The notes under the pieces: generated by a model
Database searches by the model: none
What the model was told of the DNA's origin: nothing
The model's input: the letters and a program-made list of their open reading frames with translations, nothing else
Made by a program: the position numbers and the translations under genes
Source: Kudoa neothunni
Taxonomy: Eukaryota > Animalia > Cnidaria
Direction: 5' to 3'
Assembly: GCA_964304625.1 (NCBI GenBank)
Contig: OZ199840.1
Span: 3,818,290-3,882,289, forward strand
Length of the DNA: 64,000 nucleotides
Shown here: in pieces, positions 1 to 11,852 of the stretch
Layout: each line of letters begins with the position of its first letter
How positions within the stretch are numbered: the first letter of the stretch is position 1

Positions 1-3000
1 TGAGATTGCTAAATGCTTCCCGATTTTTTAAAAAGATTTCGCGATCATGTGGAACTGTGACCAATGCCACCCCTAAAAAATCGTATGACCATTATGTGAT
101 AGGAGCTGGTCTTGGAAGTATTATCTATATGATAACATATTCGATATACGAGGCGAAGACAGTCGCCATACGTCAATATCCACCGATTCCAAGAAACATT
201 TTGATTAGAGACAATGATTCCATAAATTGTTTGAAAAAATATTATTTCAGTGATGTCAGTTCTTTTCTGCCAAGACCTGAAGAAAAAATGCCAGTAGCTG
301 TAGTTGGAGAATTAGGATCAGGAAAATCGATCCTTATGTACCATCTTTGTTCGGAGTTGTACAAACCTCGACGATTCTACGATCTGAGACTTCCTACTTC
401 GAAAATTTGTGTTTTTTTCGATATGACCAATAGTGACACCTTTCTGGAATCATTAAGATTATTTGTGTATGAACTAAATGAAAAAACTGGAAAAAAATTG
501 GTTGATCCTTTCCATCAGGATTTGATTGCTTTGGAGCCGTATGAACAAGCTTCCAAGTTACTTTCCCATATGTACAAAATCTTAGAAGATCACCCTGATT
601 GGTGTATTGTGCTTGATAATATCACACCAAAAAGTTACAACGAAATGAAGCATATTTTAAACAATTTTTTCTCCACCGATCCCTCAGCCACATACTCGCT
701 ATCGAAAATGAAGGGTAAAGTTGTTTTTGTATGTGATACTGACGTTCCATTGATTGAAAATGTCAATTTTTATCAATACAATGAATTATCTAAAGCAACT
801 GCCAAAAATATTGTCGTCAATCAACTCGCTATTCCTGATATCAATGAAGATGATGTGAATTGTTTGGCGGATCTTCTTCGTGGCTCACCTATTGCCTTGA
901 TTGCTGCTTGTTATCTTGTGCAGGATCAACTTTATAGGAAGCGCCATATCACTCTTAAGGAGGCCGCTAGAACTGTGGCCACCTCCATCAGTCTTCTCAC
1001 CGACAAACTCGCCAAAAAGCAAGCGATAGATATCACCGTCAACAACCTTTCCTACGCGATTACTATGACAACACTCGCTATGATGTACAAAAATTACCAA
1101 CTCAATCAAGCCATTCCATATCAATTCAAAGTTCCTTTCGAGGTGAAACGTGAACAGGAGCCGCTCAATGATCAAGCAATAATGGCTTTAAATACCACCT
1201 ATGGACATGTGTGTGAGTTTTTTTCGTCTTTTCGAATTGGCACCAAAATCCCAGACACTCTTCTGGTCAATTTTATCAACAAATATACAACTCCATTTGA
1301 GGATAAAACAATTGTTGAGTTGACTGAAAGCACCCTCATACAAAATCCAACTTCAGATGCCAAACAATCAACATTTCAAAAATATTATGCGGAATACTCG
1401 GCTATAAAGAACGATATAAGCGAAGCAATATTTGGCTCCAACAGGAAATGTTTCACCCAGCCTAATGAGAAATTGAACCCAATTGTGGAATGGATCCCAT
1501 TTTTGAGATTTCAACAATATCTACAACAACGTAAATATTATAAGTATTATTCTAACGATCATTATTATGGAAGTCTGAAATCAAATTCCACATTATATCA
1601 CAAATAAAATGTGATACGAAACACGCTTATTTATTATTTACTTAAATATTCCATTATTATTTTTCTTTAAGAATTCACTCATTAATTAAATTAATTTTAA
1701 TTAGTTGTTTTTGTATATTATAAAGTTGAAATTTTATCTATATAATTTATTAATTTTTAAAAGTGTTTGTAAATAGTTGTTGAAAATAAATTCCATTAAT
1801 TAAATTTAATATTTTTTTAAGATTCTATCAAATCTCTAGTTTTAAAAATTTAGAATTAACTGGTTATTGTATTTTCCATTAGAAAAAATACGTTATGATT
1901 AGTTGAACTATCTCGATTTCTATTTAAATAAAAAAGAAATCGATATAGTTTTTAATAATGAAACGTTACTCTCAATAATATAGCAAAATGAATAATTTTC
2001 TACAATATTGTAAAAGCAACAATAGTGATATTTATTTATTGCGAATGTTAATGTATTTAATTCTTCTAAATAAATTAAAAAAATACTTAATTTAAATCTT
2101 AAATTAGTTTGAAGTTGTGTTATATGAAAAAATTTCACTTATTTATTGGGAAAATTAATAAAATAAGTTAGCATTTATTATTTTTTACCTTAAATACAAT
2201 ATTTTAATGAAGAAATTCAGAGACAATCCTTGAGTAGTCTTCGTATTAATTTAAACATTATTCGTCGCAATAAATTTTATTAATCTTTCTCATATCAATA
2301 AAATATCAAGTTGAACTCAAATTTTAATTTGAAAAAATTCGACTAATTTTCCTAGTTAACAATTATAAAATTAACGCTCATTTTACATCTATCCGCCCAT
2401 GCTGCATGAGCGATCTTAACAGTAACCCTATAATGCTATTGGGTTAAACATATTTCAAGCATCTTCTAAGAGTAGTTTTACTCATATGTATTTTAATCAA
2501 ACAACAGTAAATTTATACGAATATAAAAGTTGCCAAATTTTATAACAAATGTGGAAATATTTTTAACGACGCTCACTATAAAATAATTTCGATTTGAAAT
2601 CAAATAGCTGTATTCGCGGTATAGAGTTTTAATGTATTCAAATTCCATTAAAAGAATGCAAACCACGAATTTTATCTTTACGTGAATTTTTAAGAAATTT
2701 GATTCAAATGGCCGAATGATGATCTGTAGATTAATTTTTGTAGTTTTTTGACGTTAAGTTTTTATAACAGAGACCTAGAATAACTTTTTGATTATGTTTC
2801 TCGAGAAGTCACGGTGATGGCCCACATGCCAATATTGTTGGTTTATATCAGGAGTTGTTTCGTAAAAAATAATTATTCTTTCTCTTTTAAACATTTTGAA
2901 CTAGTTTACACTTATAAAATCGATAAATAACGTAAAAAGTTTTTTTTAGTTGGTAGAATGATTTTTTGTACCTAAGATAAATCGATTTATCACACTAACT

Positions 3001-4467
3001 TATAAATGTTGATATATGATTGATGAACGTATTGAATATAAATACGATTCTGGAATTATTTATAAATAACATAATTTTACAATAAGAACCTTTCTTTTGA
3101 ATATGGTTAATGAAATACGCTATGTGAAATGTTTTCTGTATTAATTTCATTGACTGATTATTTAAAAATATTATTCCATTCAAAAGTGAATGTAATTTTT
3201 AAATAATAATAATAATTTAATATAAATTTAAGACCTGGAATTTATTCCATATTTTATAGGACTGGTATCACTTCATCCATTGGTACACGAATCATCTAAA
3301 AATGGTTCTCCGAATTTTGGTTGAGCAGGAAACACAACAAATACTAAAGATACGAATCAGAAAATACAAACCTTAATTGACAACAACAATGACAAGCCAT
3401 TAAAAACGTCCAATCATTGTTTAGCAGTATTTTTTCATACGCCTATCCCCAAAACCGCTCTTCAGATGTAGCATCAACTACATTTGGGGTAGCCAGGTTG
3501 AATTCGGTGTATCAGAAACTTAGTTTCAGCCTGTTTCATGCGGAAACTCTGTTCAAACTGAAACCAACAAAGAAAATGTTTGAATCTCATTTTATGACCT
3601 ATATAGCGAATCTTATTGATAGTGTGACGTTGACGACTCCTTTAAGATACGGTGATTGTGTATATTACGCGTTAAAACAAATATCCTTGGTGCAACGTGT
3701 GGTGAATGTGATATTTCAAAGATGATGATCTCACCTCATCCCAACGACCTACTATTATAGATTACAATATTATAGATGCGTGAAAAAAAATAGTGGAACT
3801 GTTGTTGGAGTTAAAACAGCCCAAGTTTGTATTAGATATATTGACACCAGATTCGATGGTGGTAGATGGTGTATGTGGTTCAAGTAGTGGCCCTCCATTC
3901 ACTCGAGATTTGTCCGAAGAATTGACCCATCTTTCTATCCTACTTGCACAATCATATGTCCTCACGGATAGGTTTGATGATGCTAAGCAATTACTGGATA
4001 GACTTTGGTTGACAATAGATCCCAGTAAAAATATTCACTCCAACCCCAATCTGTGCATACGACTTTGTATGTGTGCTGTTTGTTGTATGATCGAATGTTT
4101 GACCACTCTTCCAACTCAAAAGAATTTGTCGAAGAGATACTCTCCTACATGGTGCTAGTTTACAACTATCAATTCCAAAATACTCTTCTTCAAACTCCTA
4201 TATATGATGAAAATGAGGCTTCATTTTTTATTGATATAATGCTACTATTTTCAAATTTGTGTCTAAAATACAAAAAAGTTAGTTATGCCATAAAAATTTG
4301 TGAAAGATGCGGATATTCTGAACAAAAATGTGTTGAAGAGCGGTCTCACGTCTATTAGTTCGCCGTACGATCAAGCTATCAACGATATGATGATTCGTTG
4401 CTATGAATTTCAAGACAATCAACCAATGATAAACAAACTGAAAGCCACTACGAATACTAACCATTAA
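1..4467 (+). CDS. NB-ARC/STAND-like P-loop NTPase with N-terminal presequence-like segment, TM helix and helical C-terminus; intron 1531-3259; 3' exon frameshifted
   Basis: Walker A GELGSGKS, Walker B WCIVLDN, GxP motif GSPIALIAA. Splicing GTAAAT(1531)..TATAG(3259) gives LVSLHPLVHE, resembling the MHD/WHD motif. The frame is open to the window edge. The 3' part is split over ORFs 3417, 3793, 4053 and a final frame ending TAA 4465-4467. Confidence 0.65.
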
Positions 4468-6823
4468 TAAATAGTTTTTAGTATTTTTTAAAAATATTGT
4501 AACTATTATATACCATTTTTTCTTCAATTTTCTTCTTCACGAGTTCACATAAGCTATGGTAATCCAGATATAACGTAGTAGCATTTATCCAAATTCTTCT
4601 GCATTATTTTATAGATTTTAGTCTATATAGAGATGTGATTAGGTTTGAATTGAAATTAAGCAATTTTCCGTAAATTTAATCAGCGATATATAAAAATAAT
4701 TTTGTTATGTTAAATCACTTCAGAGAATAAATATACTAAGATTAAAATAATTAAAATTTGAAATCAATGTAGTTCAAATAAGTGAGGTGATTTAGCCGTT
4801 TATTTAAGTCTAATTAATTAGCCAGCTAAGCCCTACCCTCAAAAATAAGTCAACATCAACTGTTTATACTTATAATGAATAAATGATGACTATTCTGAAC
4901 TCCTTAACAACAATATTACAATTCTAACATTAGATTTAATAAAGAATTCTTTTAAATATGCAATTCATAAAGAACATTTAACGCGGAACCATGAAACAAC
5001 ATTTCTTTTTGTGTCAATTTTCAAATTATTGTTATTATTCTTAGCAATAATGATTGTAATAGTCTAATTAATTCAAATTTTTTATTTAAAAAATTATCGC
5101 TCCTATTCAATTTATAGTCGAACCTCGCAATACCAGTGCCATGCGCGCGCAGCGATAGAAAGTTATGTTTTATTTGTTTCTAATAAAAAAATTAATCGTT
5201 TATGGGTTTATTTAAACAAATAACGCTTCAATGTTATGAGATATATATATATAATATAAGAACAATTTGTCTAAACGATATAATTGGCAACCAATCTAAA
5301 TCACTGTAACTATTAACACCTCTGTAGTAAACCCAAAATATCAATATTTGTTGGGTTTAAATCGTCTAGATGTAAAATAAATATTTCTTTTTAAAAATAT
5401 ATTTTGATCTATATATCTTTAAACATGCTTTTAAAAACCAAACGTGATTTAACCGCTTTTAAGGCGTAACCAATTTTTTCCGCTCATTTTTGATAACCTT
5501 TAAAAGGATGCTACTAATTTCAAAGGATTTTTAAAGATTTTTATACTTTTGGACAAAAAACTCTCAAAAAACTTAATTTCTATTGATAAGAATTAATTTT
5601 ATCAAATATATATTAATGTTCACTCTTATAGATAGCTTAAATGAAAAGCCATATCATATTATATTGGCTTTAACTGTTTCCATCAAATAATGATGTACTT
5701 TTTCGTAATTTATTCTTCAAAGTATTAATTCAGGTGGACAAATAGTGTGTATTAGATAAACCGTGTAATTAAACTACATAAAAATGATAAATTATGTATG
5801 AAATAAATAAATTTATGATGAGAAATATATATTCATTTTTTTTCATTTTTAAAATTATTTGTAATGTATGCTTGAGTGAAACGTTTTATTGTCAAATGTG
5901 AGCTTCAGTCCATTATTGAGTGTAAATAAAATAAACCAGCCGGATAGCTCTGTATAAATCATATTTTCCGCGCGCTAAGTTTAGTCTTAATGTCACCAAT
6001 AGTCACCGCTAAACATTGTTCTTAATCACATATTTAAGTGTTACGTTCGAGTATATTTATCTCAAAAATAAGTATTGTATGCTATCTTCATCATGTGTAA
6101 TATTTGTTAAATGGGACTTTTGTTCTAAATGATTTAAGTAAAATTTTAAATAACATGAATATCTTTGTTAAATATTTTTGACTTATTCAAACAATTAATG
6201 ATGGTTAAGGAAGAAACTTTATCCCAAGATTTTTCAGAGGTTCCAACATGATCTAATAATGTAAATTTTGGTTCGCAGTTCTCCTCACATGCTAGAATGT
6301 CCCGACAAGGGGTACTTCGATAGTGGCATTTTAAGTAATGTATTATTCTAACATCCATAGGCTGCATACACCTAGCGATATTCGGGGGGAGGGGGGAAGA
6401 ATAAAAATGTTATTTGCTTGAATCTGCATAAATTTTACAGATGACAATCTTTTTCTATTGTGAGATATATCGGAATTAATAATACTGTGTTCATTTTACA
6501 GGGTTGTGCCCAACGATGATTGACCTAAAACTTCTCACACGAAAATTAAAACTGCCGCAGTTATCATGTAAATTAAATTATTTATTTTGTTCGACCTCCA
6601 TTTCTCTAATTCCCTTCTTAGATTTCGAAAATTCTATAATAATGAGTTTTTAAATCATAATTAGTTGCTTTCTAATTATGCAGAAACCTCGCAATATGAT
6701 GGAACACTCAATAACGAGATATTGCATAGCTAGAATAAAAATTTGTTTAAACAAATCCTTTAGTTTAAGTTATTATTGCCCTTTAGAACAGAAACCGAAT
6801 TCAAACCACTTCTTACGTCCTAA

Positions 6824-7869
6824 CCTTCCCTGTACAAACTTCCGAAATAAAAAGCGTGTGCCTGACTGGGGTATTTCTTGACCCTAGACGAAATATGCTT
6901 TAAGCGTATTCAATTTATCTCAACTTAATGTATTGTAAACAATACACATAGCTTAACAATTCCATATCAAATATACAGCGGATTGCTGTTTCTGGAGTTA
7001 TTTACATTAATTTATTTATCAGCAACATTATTGGTATAATATTAGACTAAAAGCACAAAGATATATTTTACACTCCTTAAACAATCAATAATGTTGATTT
7101 GAATCATCAGATAGGATGAATGAATATTTACGCAGTAAACTCCAAATACATATATTTGTGTGTAGACATTTCCTCGGTAATAGTCGCTGATATAGAAAAA
7201 TTTAGGATTAGTGTTATTATCAAGTGAATCCATATTCTCGGAGGCAAAAAAGCATATAATATTTCATTATGGTAATTATTTTCAGACAGATGTAATGAAT
7301 GGCAGCGGAAGGGGTTCAAACCTGCGAGCCATAGCTTAAAAGGCGATGGCGCCTTACTGCTGTGTTGTTGATCGCGCATTAGTTGATTTTGAATATAACT
7401 CTTTTATTGGAAATTAAAGATTTTTCTAAATCTTTAAATTGTTGTGAGGACTCATATTAAACCCCAAGAAAAACAAAAAATTAATAAAGAGTTTTGTTAC
7501 TCCAATAGGCGAAAGCGGAAACAAATGGAATAATTAATTGGATTAATTCTCTTTAATCTATTGTGGATTAAATTCAAAAATAAATATGACTTTTCATGGC
7601 TCCCGTTTTTGTTTAGATCAAAAATCATATTTATAATAAATATATGAGCTTTAGAAAATAATACAACAAATATTAAATGAAACCTGAAAAACTCTGTCTT
7701 ATTTGATGCATAAATCTTTAGCCGATAAATTATACATTTTACTTTCAGATAGAAACGCACTTAATATAGGAAACTGAGATTTTTCAAAGTAAATAATCAA
7801 CGATATATCAATGTAGAAACGAAATAGTCAATTAGGGGTCTTGAAATACCCCAGTCAGTACCGGCAGGG
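6824..7869. mobile_element. piggyBac-like MITE nested in the Tigger remnant
   Basis: Right end GGGGTCTTGAAATACCCCAGTCAGTACCGGCAGGG|TTAA. Left end CTAA|CCTTCCCTGTAC..(short insert)..TGACTGGGGTATTTCTTGACCC is its inverted copy. Confidence 0.65.
7293..7387 (-). mobile_element. tRNA(Lys-like)-derived SINE head / tRNA pseudogene, copy A
   Basis: The minus strand reads CACAGCAGTAAGGCG..GCCTTTTAAGC..CAGGTTTGAACCCC (A box, TTT loop, B box) and aligns by eye with 13340-13427. Confidence 0.55.
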
Positions 7870-8239
7870 TTAAAATAATCGTTGGAATCAAAACCTCGCT
7901 ATATCCAATCACGTTATATCCTGGCCCGACTGTAGTTCTTTAACTTTTAAAATGAGTTCATAACAATGTTTTAAAAAAGAGTATAAAAAATGTGAGGTCT
8001 AACAGACTCCAAAAGCACCAAATTCATAGTGCATTATTGAGGAGAACCGAATATTATAAGTCTATTCGATAAGTACGAAATAATAAATTAAAATAAGCGA
8101 ACGCATATTGCACCACTACATAAAAAGCACCAGCCACAGTATATCTACACGAACATTTAATGTATAAGAGGGTGGATCAAAATCAAACAGTTCAAACTCA
8201 TGTTGCATAAAAATGGAATACAATGAGTTTCGATTAAAG

Positions 8240-9349
8240 TTAGAAGAAACCAATGTTGTCTGTGTTGATTAGATCGTCAACGGTATATATGGTCATTTGA
8301 TTGGACACAGTGGAACAAGTGAGCATGCAAATGAAGTACAACTCAAAATTATTTTTATTTCCATTTTTGCCAGTGAATTTGAATTCAAAACAGTTGTTCA
8401 AGTTGACATCGTAATAGAAACGTCGCAGTTGTTTTGAACCATTTCCGGTTTTCTTCTCTTGGATACAAATTGCTAAATATTATTGTATTAAGAACGAAAT
8501 TGTGGTAGATTCGGAGAGATGAGCTACGATTGTGATGATATTTTTTCTTAGGGAGTTTCGGAGCAGGTTTACAGGTTTTTTCACAATAAGGTAAACTTTT
8601 AAAGTTGTTGAGATTTCCGTTGCAACCACCATATACAAAACTTTTACAGCGTTCATCACCTGGATCGTAGTACCAACGAATTTGATAATTTATACATTCT
8701 CCAAGTTTTTTCGGTTGAGAACACATAGTTTTAATGGTATCATCGGGAGGTCGTCTAAACCCTAGAAAATTATTTGATCATTAGTTGATACTTCACTCAA
8801 AAAATATGATGTATGTACTTGAGCAAGTGTCTTCACATTGGAAAATATTATCAAACCTATTGCTGTTACCCCCACAACCAGAATATCTGAACGATTTGCA
8901 GGAGTCGGTAACTGAATCAAAGTACCATCTGTCAACAAAGCTCTTACACCTTCCTACTGCAACCGGTTGTCTACACCTTAGTTCATATTTTTTGGCCCCT
9001 GGAACTTTGGGGATTGGTTTATCATGAATCCGTGGATCTATTTTGTCTTTCCTATACGAAAGTTCCAGCTTATATCTTGAACCACACTACACTATAAATT
9101 ATGTTTGATCTCACCATATCGGATTTCTGGGGCTATAACCTTCATTTTGGCCGGTTTCGTTGAGTGTGTTAGCTATACAAACACGCACACACAGTTCTTG
9201 CGTATCAAAAACGTTTCTACTGTTTCCGCAACCCCCATAAATAAATTGTACACATTCTTTGCTTTCTTGATTGTAACCATATTTAGTGAAATTTAAATCG
9301 CATGGTCCACTTTCGATTGGATCCAAGCACATTCTATTCAACAAACAAC
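8240..9349 (-). CDS. Multi-Kunitz/BPTI domain protein (4 domains; exons 9349-9115, 9051-8819, 8761-8528, 8472-8240); 5' exon(s) unresolved
   Basis: K1 CLDPIESGPCDLNFTKYGY..CVQFIYGGCGNSRNVF..C...C; K2 CRQPVAVGRCKSFVDRWYF..CKSFRYSGCGGNSNRF..CEDTC; K3 CSQPKKLGECINYQIRWYY..CKSFVYGGCNGNLNNF..CEKTC; K4 CIQEKKTGNGSKQLRRFYY..CFEFKFTGKNGNKNNF..CMLTC. All GT-AG junctions are phase-compatible. Confidence 0.9.
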
Positions 9350-9599
9350 CTAAATGACATAATGCAGCCAATCAATACATAAAATGTGCTATCTGGTGGA
9401 TGTGGTTACTGTGACGCGCTATAAAAATCGACCAAAAAATGAAGAAATGGAAAATAATCATCGTAAATTTGATAAGTAATATCGACTATTATTTTTTGAA
9501 TATTTTGGATAATACACGACGTATAACGTAACCATTTCGTCAATGGTGTCATTTTAGAGATGGATTGAGTAGTGGATGATGATATTCAACTACACAATT

Positions 9600-9911
9600 T
9601 TACGCACCTATAATTACGCGTATACGCTTATGTGAATTTTCAATGCTGAATAACGGCATGTGTTTGGCGATAAATTCTGTTAAGTATTGTTGTTCATAAT
9701 CAGCGCCAAATTTGACCTCATCCTCCGATAAGTTAGACAAATCAATTGAGAGTAGAACTTGAATTCTCCATGCACATTTATCAAGGGATCTATACGATTG
9801 AACAGTTAAAGTGATTAATTCATTTTTGTTTCTTAATAGCAAGCTTGAAACGACGGTTGTCAAGAGAACCATTAAAAACAAACAGTTATTTCTGTTTCTA
9901 GAAAACCACAT
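9600..9911 (-). CDS. Signal-peptide ORF, possibly the first exon of the Kunitz gene
   Basis: MWFSRNRNNCLFLMVLLTTVVSS has a hydrophobic leader, lies on the same strand and ends 250 nt upstream of K1. I could not find a clean in-frame splice to the Kunitz exons. Confidence 0.4.
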   Translation of the reverse strand: MWFSRNRNNCLFLMVLLTTVVSSLLLRNKNELITLTVQSYRSLDKCAWRIQVLLSIDLSNLSEDEVKFGADYEQQYLTEFIAKHMPLFSIENSHKRIRVIIGA

Positions 9912-10266
9912 AGATGAATGTTGGTTAATACAATCAACCTTAAAATTAAGTTTTTGCCATTTAATACTTGTTGAAAATTAAGAGTTTGACTAAAAATCAC
10001 TTCTTTATATTTCTATAGTTGAATCTAACAATTGAGTATGTTGTATTAATTACAAATAAAAAACTTAAACATCTAAGTTTGAATTTATAGTGTATTATTT
10101 TCACTCTTCCTCAATTCATCCAATAGTCTAATTAAACTTATTAAAGGTTATACACTGGGTCGGTGATGAATGAAAGTGTTAAAACAACTCAATTACTCTT
10201 AGACCGTAAGGAATAAACGCTGCACCTCGAACCCAACCACATCGTCATTTTGTCAAATATTCATCG

Positions 10267-10722
10267 ATGAATGTAGTTGGTTTTATATTTCTTTCAGTAA
10301 AATTGTTCATATGTGTAAGTAGCTTGAGTTTATTTTCTTCAAAATATTCTAGTAAATTTAGAAACTAGGATAACCAGCTATTAATATATCTTTAATTTTT
10401 AGAATATGCATGTGAAAATCACAATATACTGATCAACTGCAGCAATCCCACTAACAATATCAGGTCAATGATCAATATCACTTACGTATTCTATGGACGA
10501 AAAGACATGAATTTATATTGTCCCGAGTCGTTCTTGGATCATCATGTAATTTGTGATAGTAAAACTAGACAAGCTCAAGTGAAAAAAAAGCTAATGGCTC
10601 AGTGTCAAAATGAAACTTCTTGTCAATTAAAAGTTTCGAAAGAAATGCTCCTAACGGGAGATGATGATGAATATTGTCCAGGAGTGTCCAGATATCTTAT
10701 GATAAATTATAATTGTGTTTAA
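10267..10722 (+). CDS. Secreted SUEL/rhamnose-galactose-binding lectin domain protein (2 exons)
   Basis: Leader MNVVGFIFLSVKLFICVSS, then intron ~10352-10402, then YACENHNILINC..VFYGR..C..C..C..SC..EYCPGVSRYLMINYNCV (8-Cys SUEL pattern). Confidence 0.85.
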
Positions 10723-11009
10723 ATGTGGTTTTTATTGTTTTTACAATAAGTAGTATTTAAATTGTTTTATTTTCGCGTGTAAAATCTTCTAATTTAAAAG
10801 ATTTTAATCAATATATTTAAATTAAATTACGTAATATATTTAAATAGAAACTTTGGATAAGGTAAATTTTGGCTTCAAAACAAATGTGTGAGCTTCTATC
10901 CATTACAATCATCCAGTTAGATCGAAATTGCATCTTCCGAGTGTTGATTCAAGCCGACCGACCATATCACATATAACACCTTGGGTCGACACGTCCAAGT
11001 CCCATTTAA

Positions 11010-11852
11010 ATGGACATTTTTATACATTTGCCTTCAAAACCACCAACCTATGACCAAGGTAAATTTTTTTGGATCAAACATAGGTTATTTAGGTTGAATT
11101 TTTAGCGTTGAAATGTGACTATCTGTCTGAAGATCCTCCATCCTATAGTATATTTAGTGATGAGGAGGATAAATCAGATAAAATTAACGATTTTGCCTCC
11201 TCCTTAAAAATAATCGTCGAATATGGTAGTAGATTGAGATAATTTTCACTACATTTTTATAACAAACTCACTTTTAGTATCATTTATTGTTGCTGTCATA
11301 TTTCTGTTTATGATCCCATTTTCCTCACTTGTGATAGGTATATGTTGCGGGCTTGTGTTTTATTTGACAAACTTATTTAGGTATTATTTATTGGAATGAT
11401 TGTCCTATTGAACCGCTTATCCCCGCCTATCTTATTGTAGTTGGTCTGGTTGGGGCTGTACGCAATTGTGTCGCTATAATTGAGCCCATCACTCAAGGTT
11501 ATCAGTCAGCACTATCTTCATCATTTGTCGAAGATAGAAGCAGTATTCTGATATTTTTTGACTGTTTGAATCTTGCGTGGTTCGCACTGGGTAACATTTG
11601 GTTGATCCAGGCCGCCATTCTAAAAAAATGATGACAACATCAACACATACTGCCATCCCATCCTCTTTTGGTATAGATTTTCCTAGTCTATTACTTTTTT
11701 ATATCATTTCACTCTCTAGGTACACGTTCGGTAGTATTATGCTGTTCTACATCACAATTATCCTAACTCTTTTATTGTATATTATTTTAAACAGAAAATT
11801 CCTTATGAAAACCTCCACACAGACCCCACCACCATCCTACTACAATGACTGA
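11010..11852 (+). CDS. TMEM272-like four-TM protein (frameshift at A7 run 11622-11628)
   Basis: PPTY/PPSY motifs, GIIYWNDCPIEPLIPAYLIVVG, WFALGNIW, and YCHPILFW-YTF in the +1 frame match the TMEM272 pattern. Four hydrophobic segments and short GT-AG introns. Confidence 0.7.

Larger units (their letters stand above)
5115..7932 (-). mobile_element. Decayed Tigger/pogo (Tc1-mariner) DNA transposon
   Basis: Ends TA|TAGTCGAACCTCG (5115) and CCCGACTG|TA (7932). Internal DDE_1 transposase remnant DNCGS..PPN..MQPMDVRIIHYLKCHYR..WDKV..TIINCLNK (~6146-6570, minus). Pairing of the two ends is tentative. Confidence 0.6.

Noticed and set aside
3260-3800. Alternative genetic code (TGA=Trp) explaining in-frame stops
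   Set aside because: TGA ends TSG101 and the TMEM272-like gene, conserved Trp residues use TGG throughout, and most breaks need frame changes rather than readthrough.
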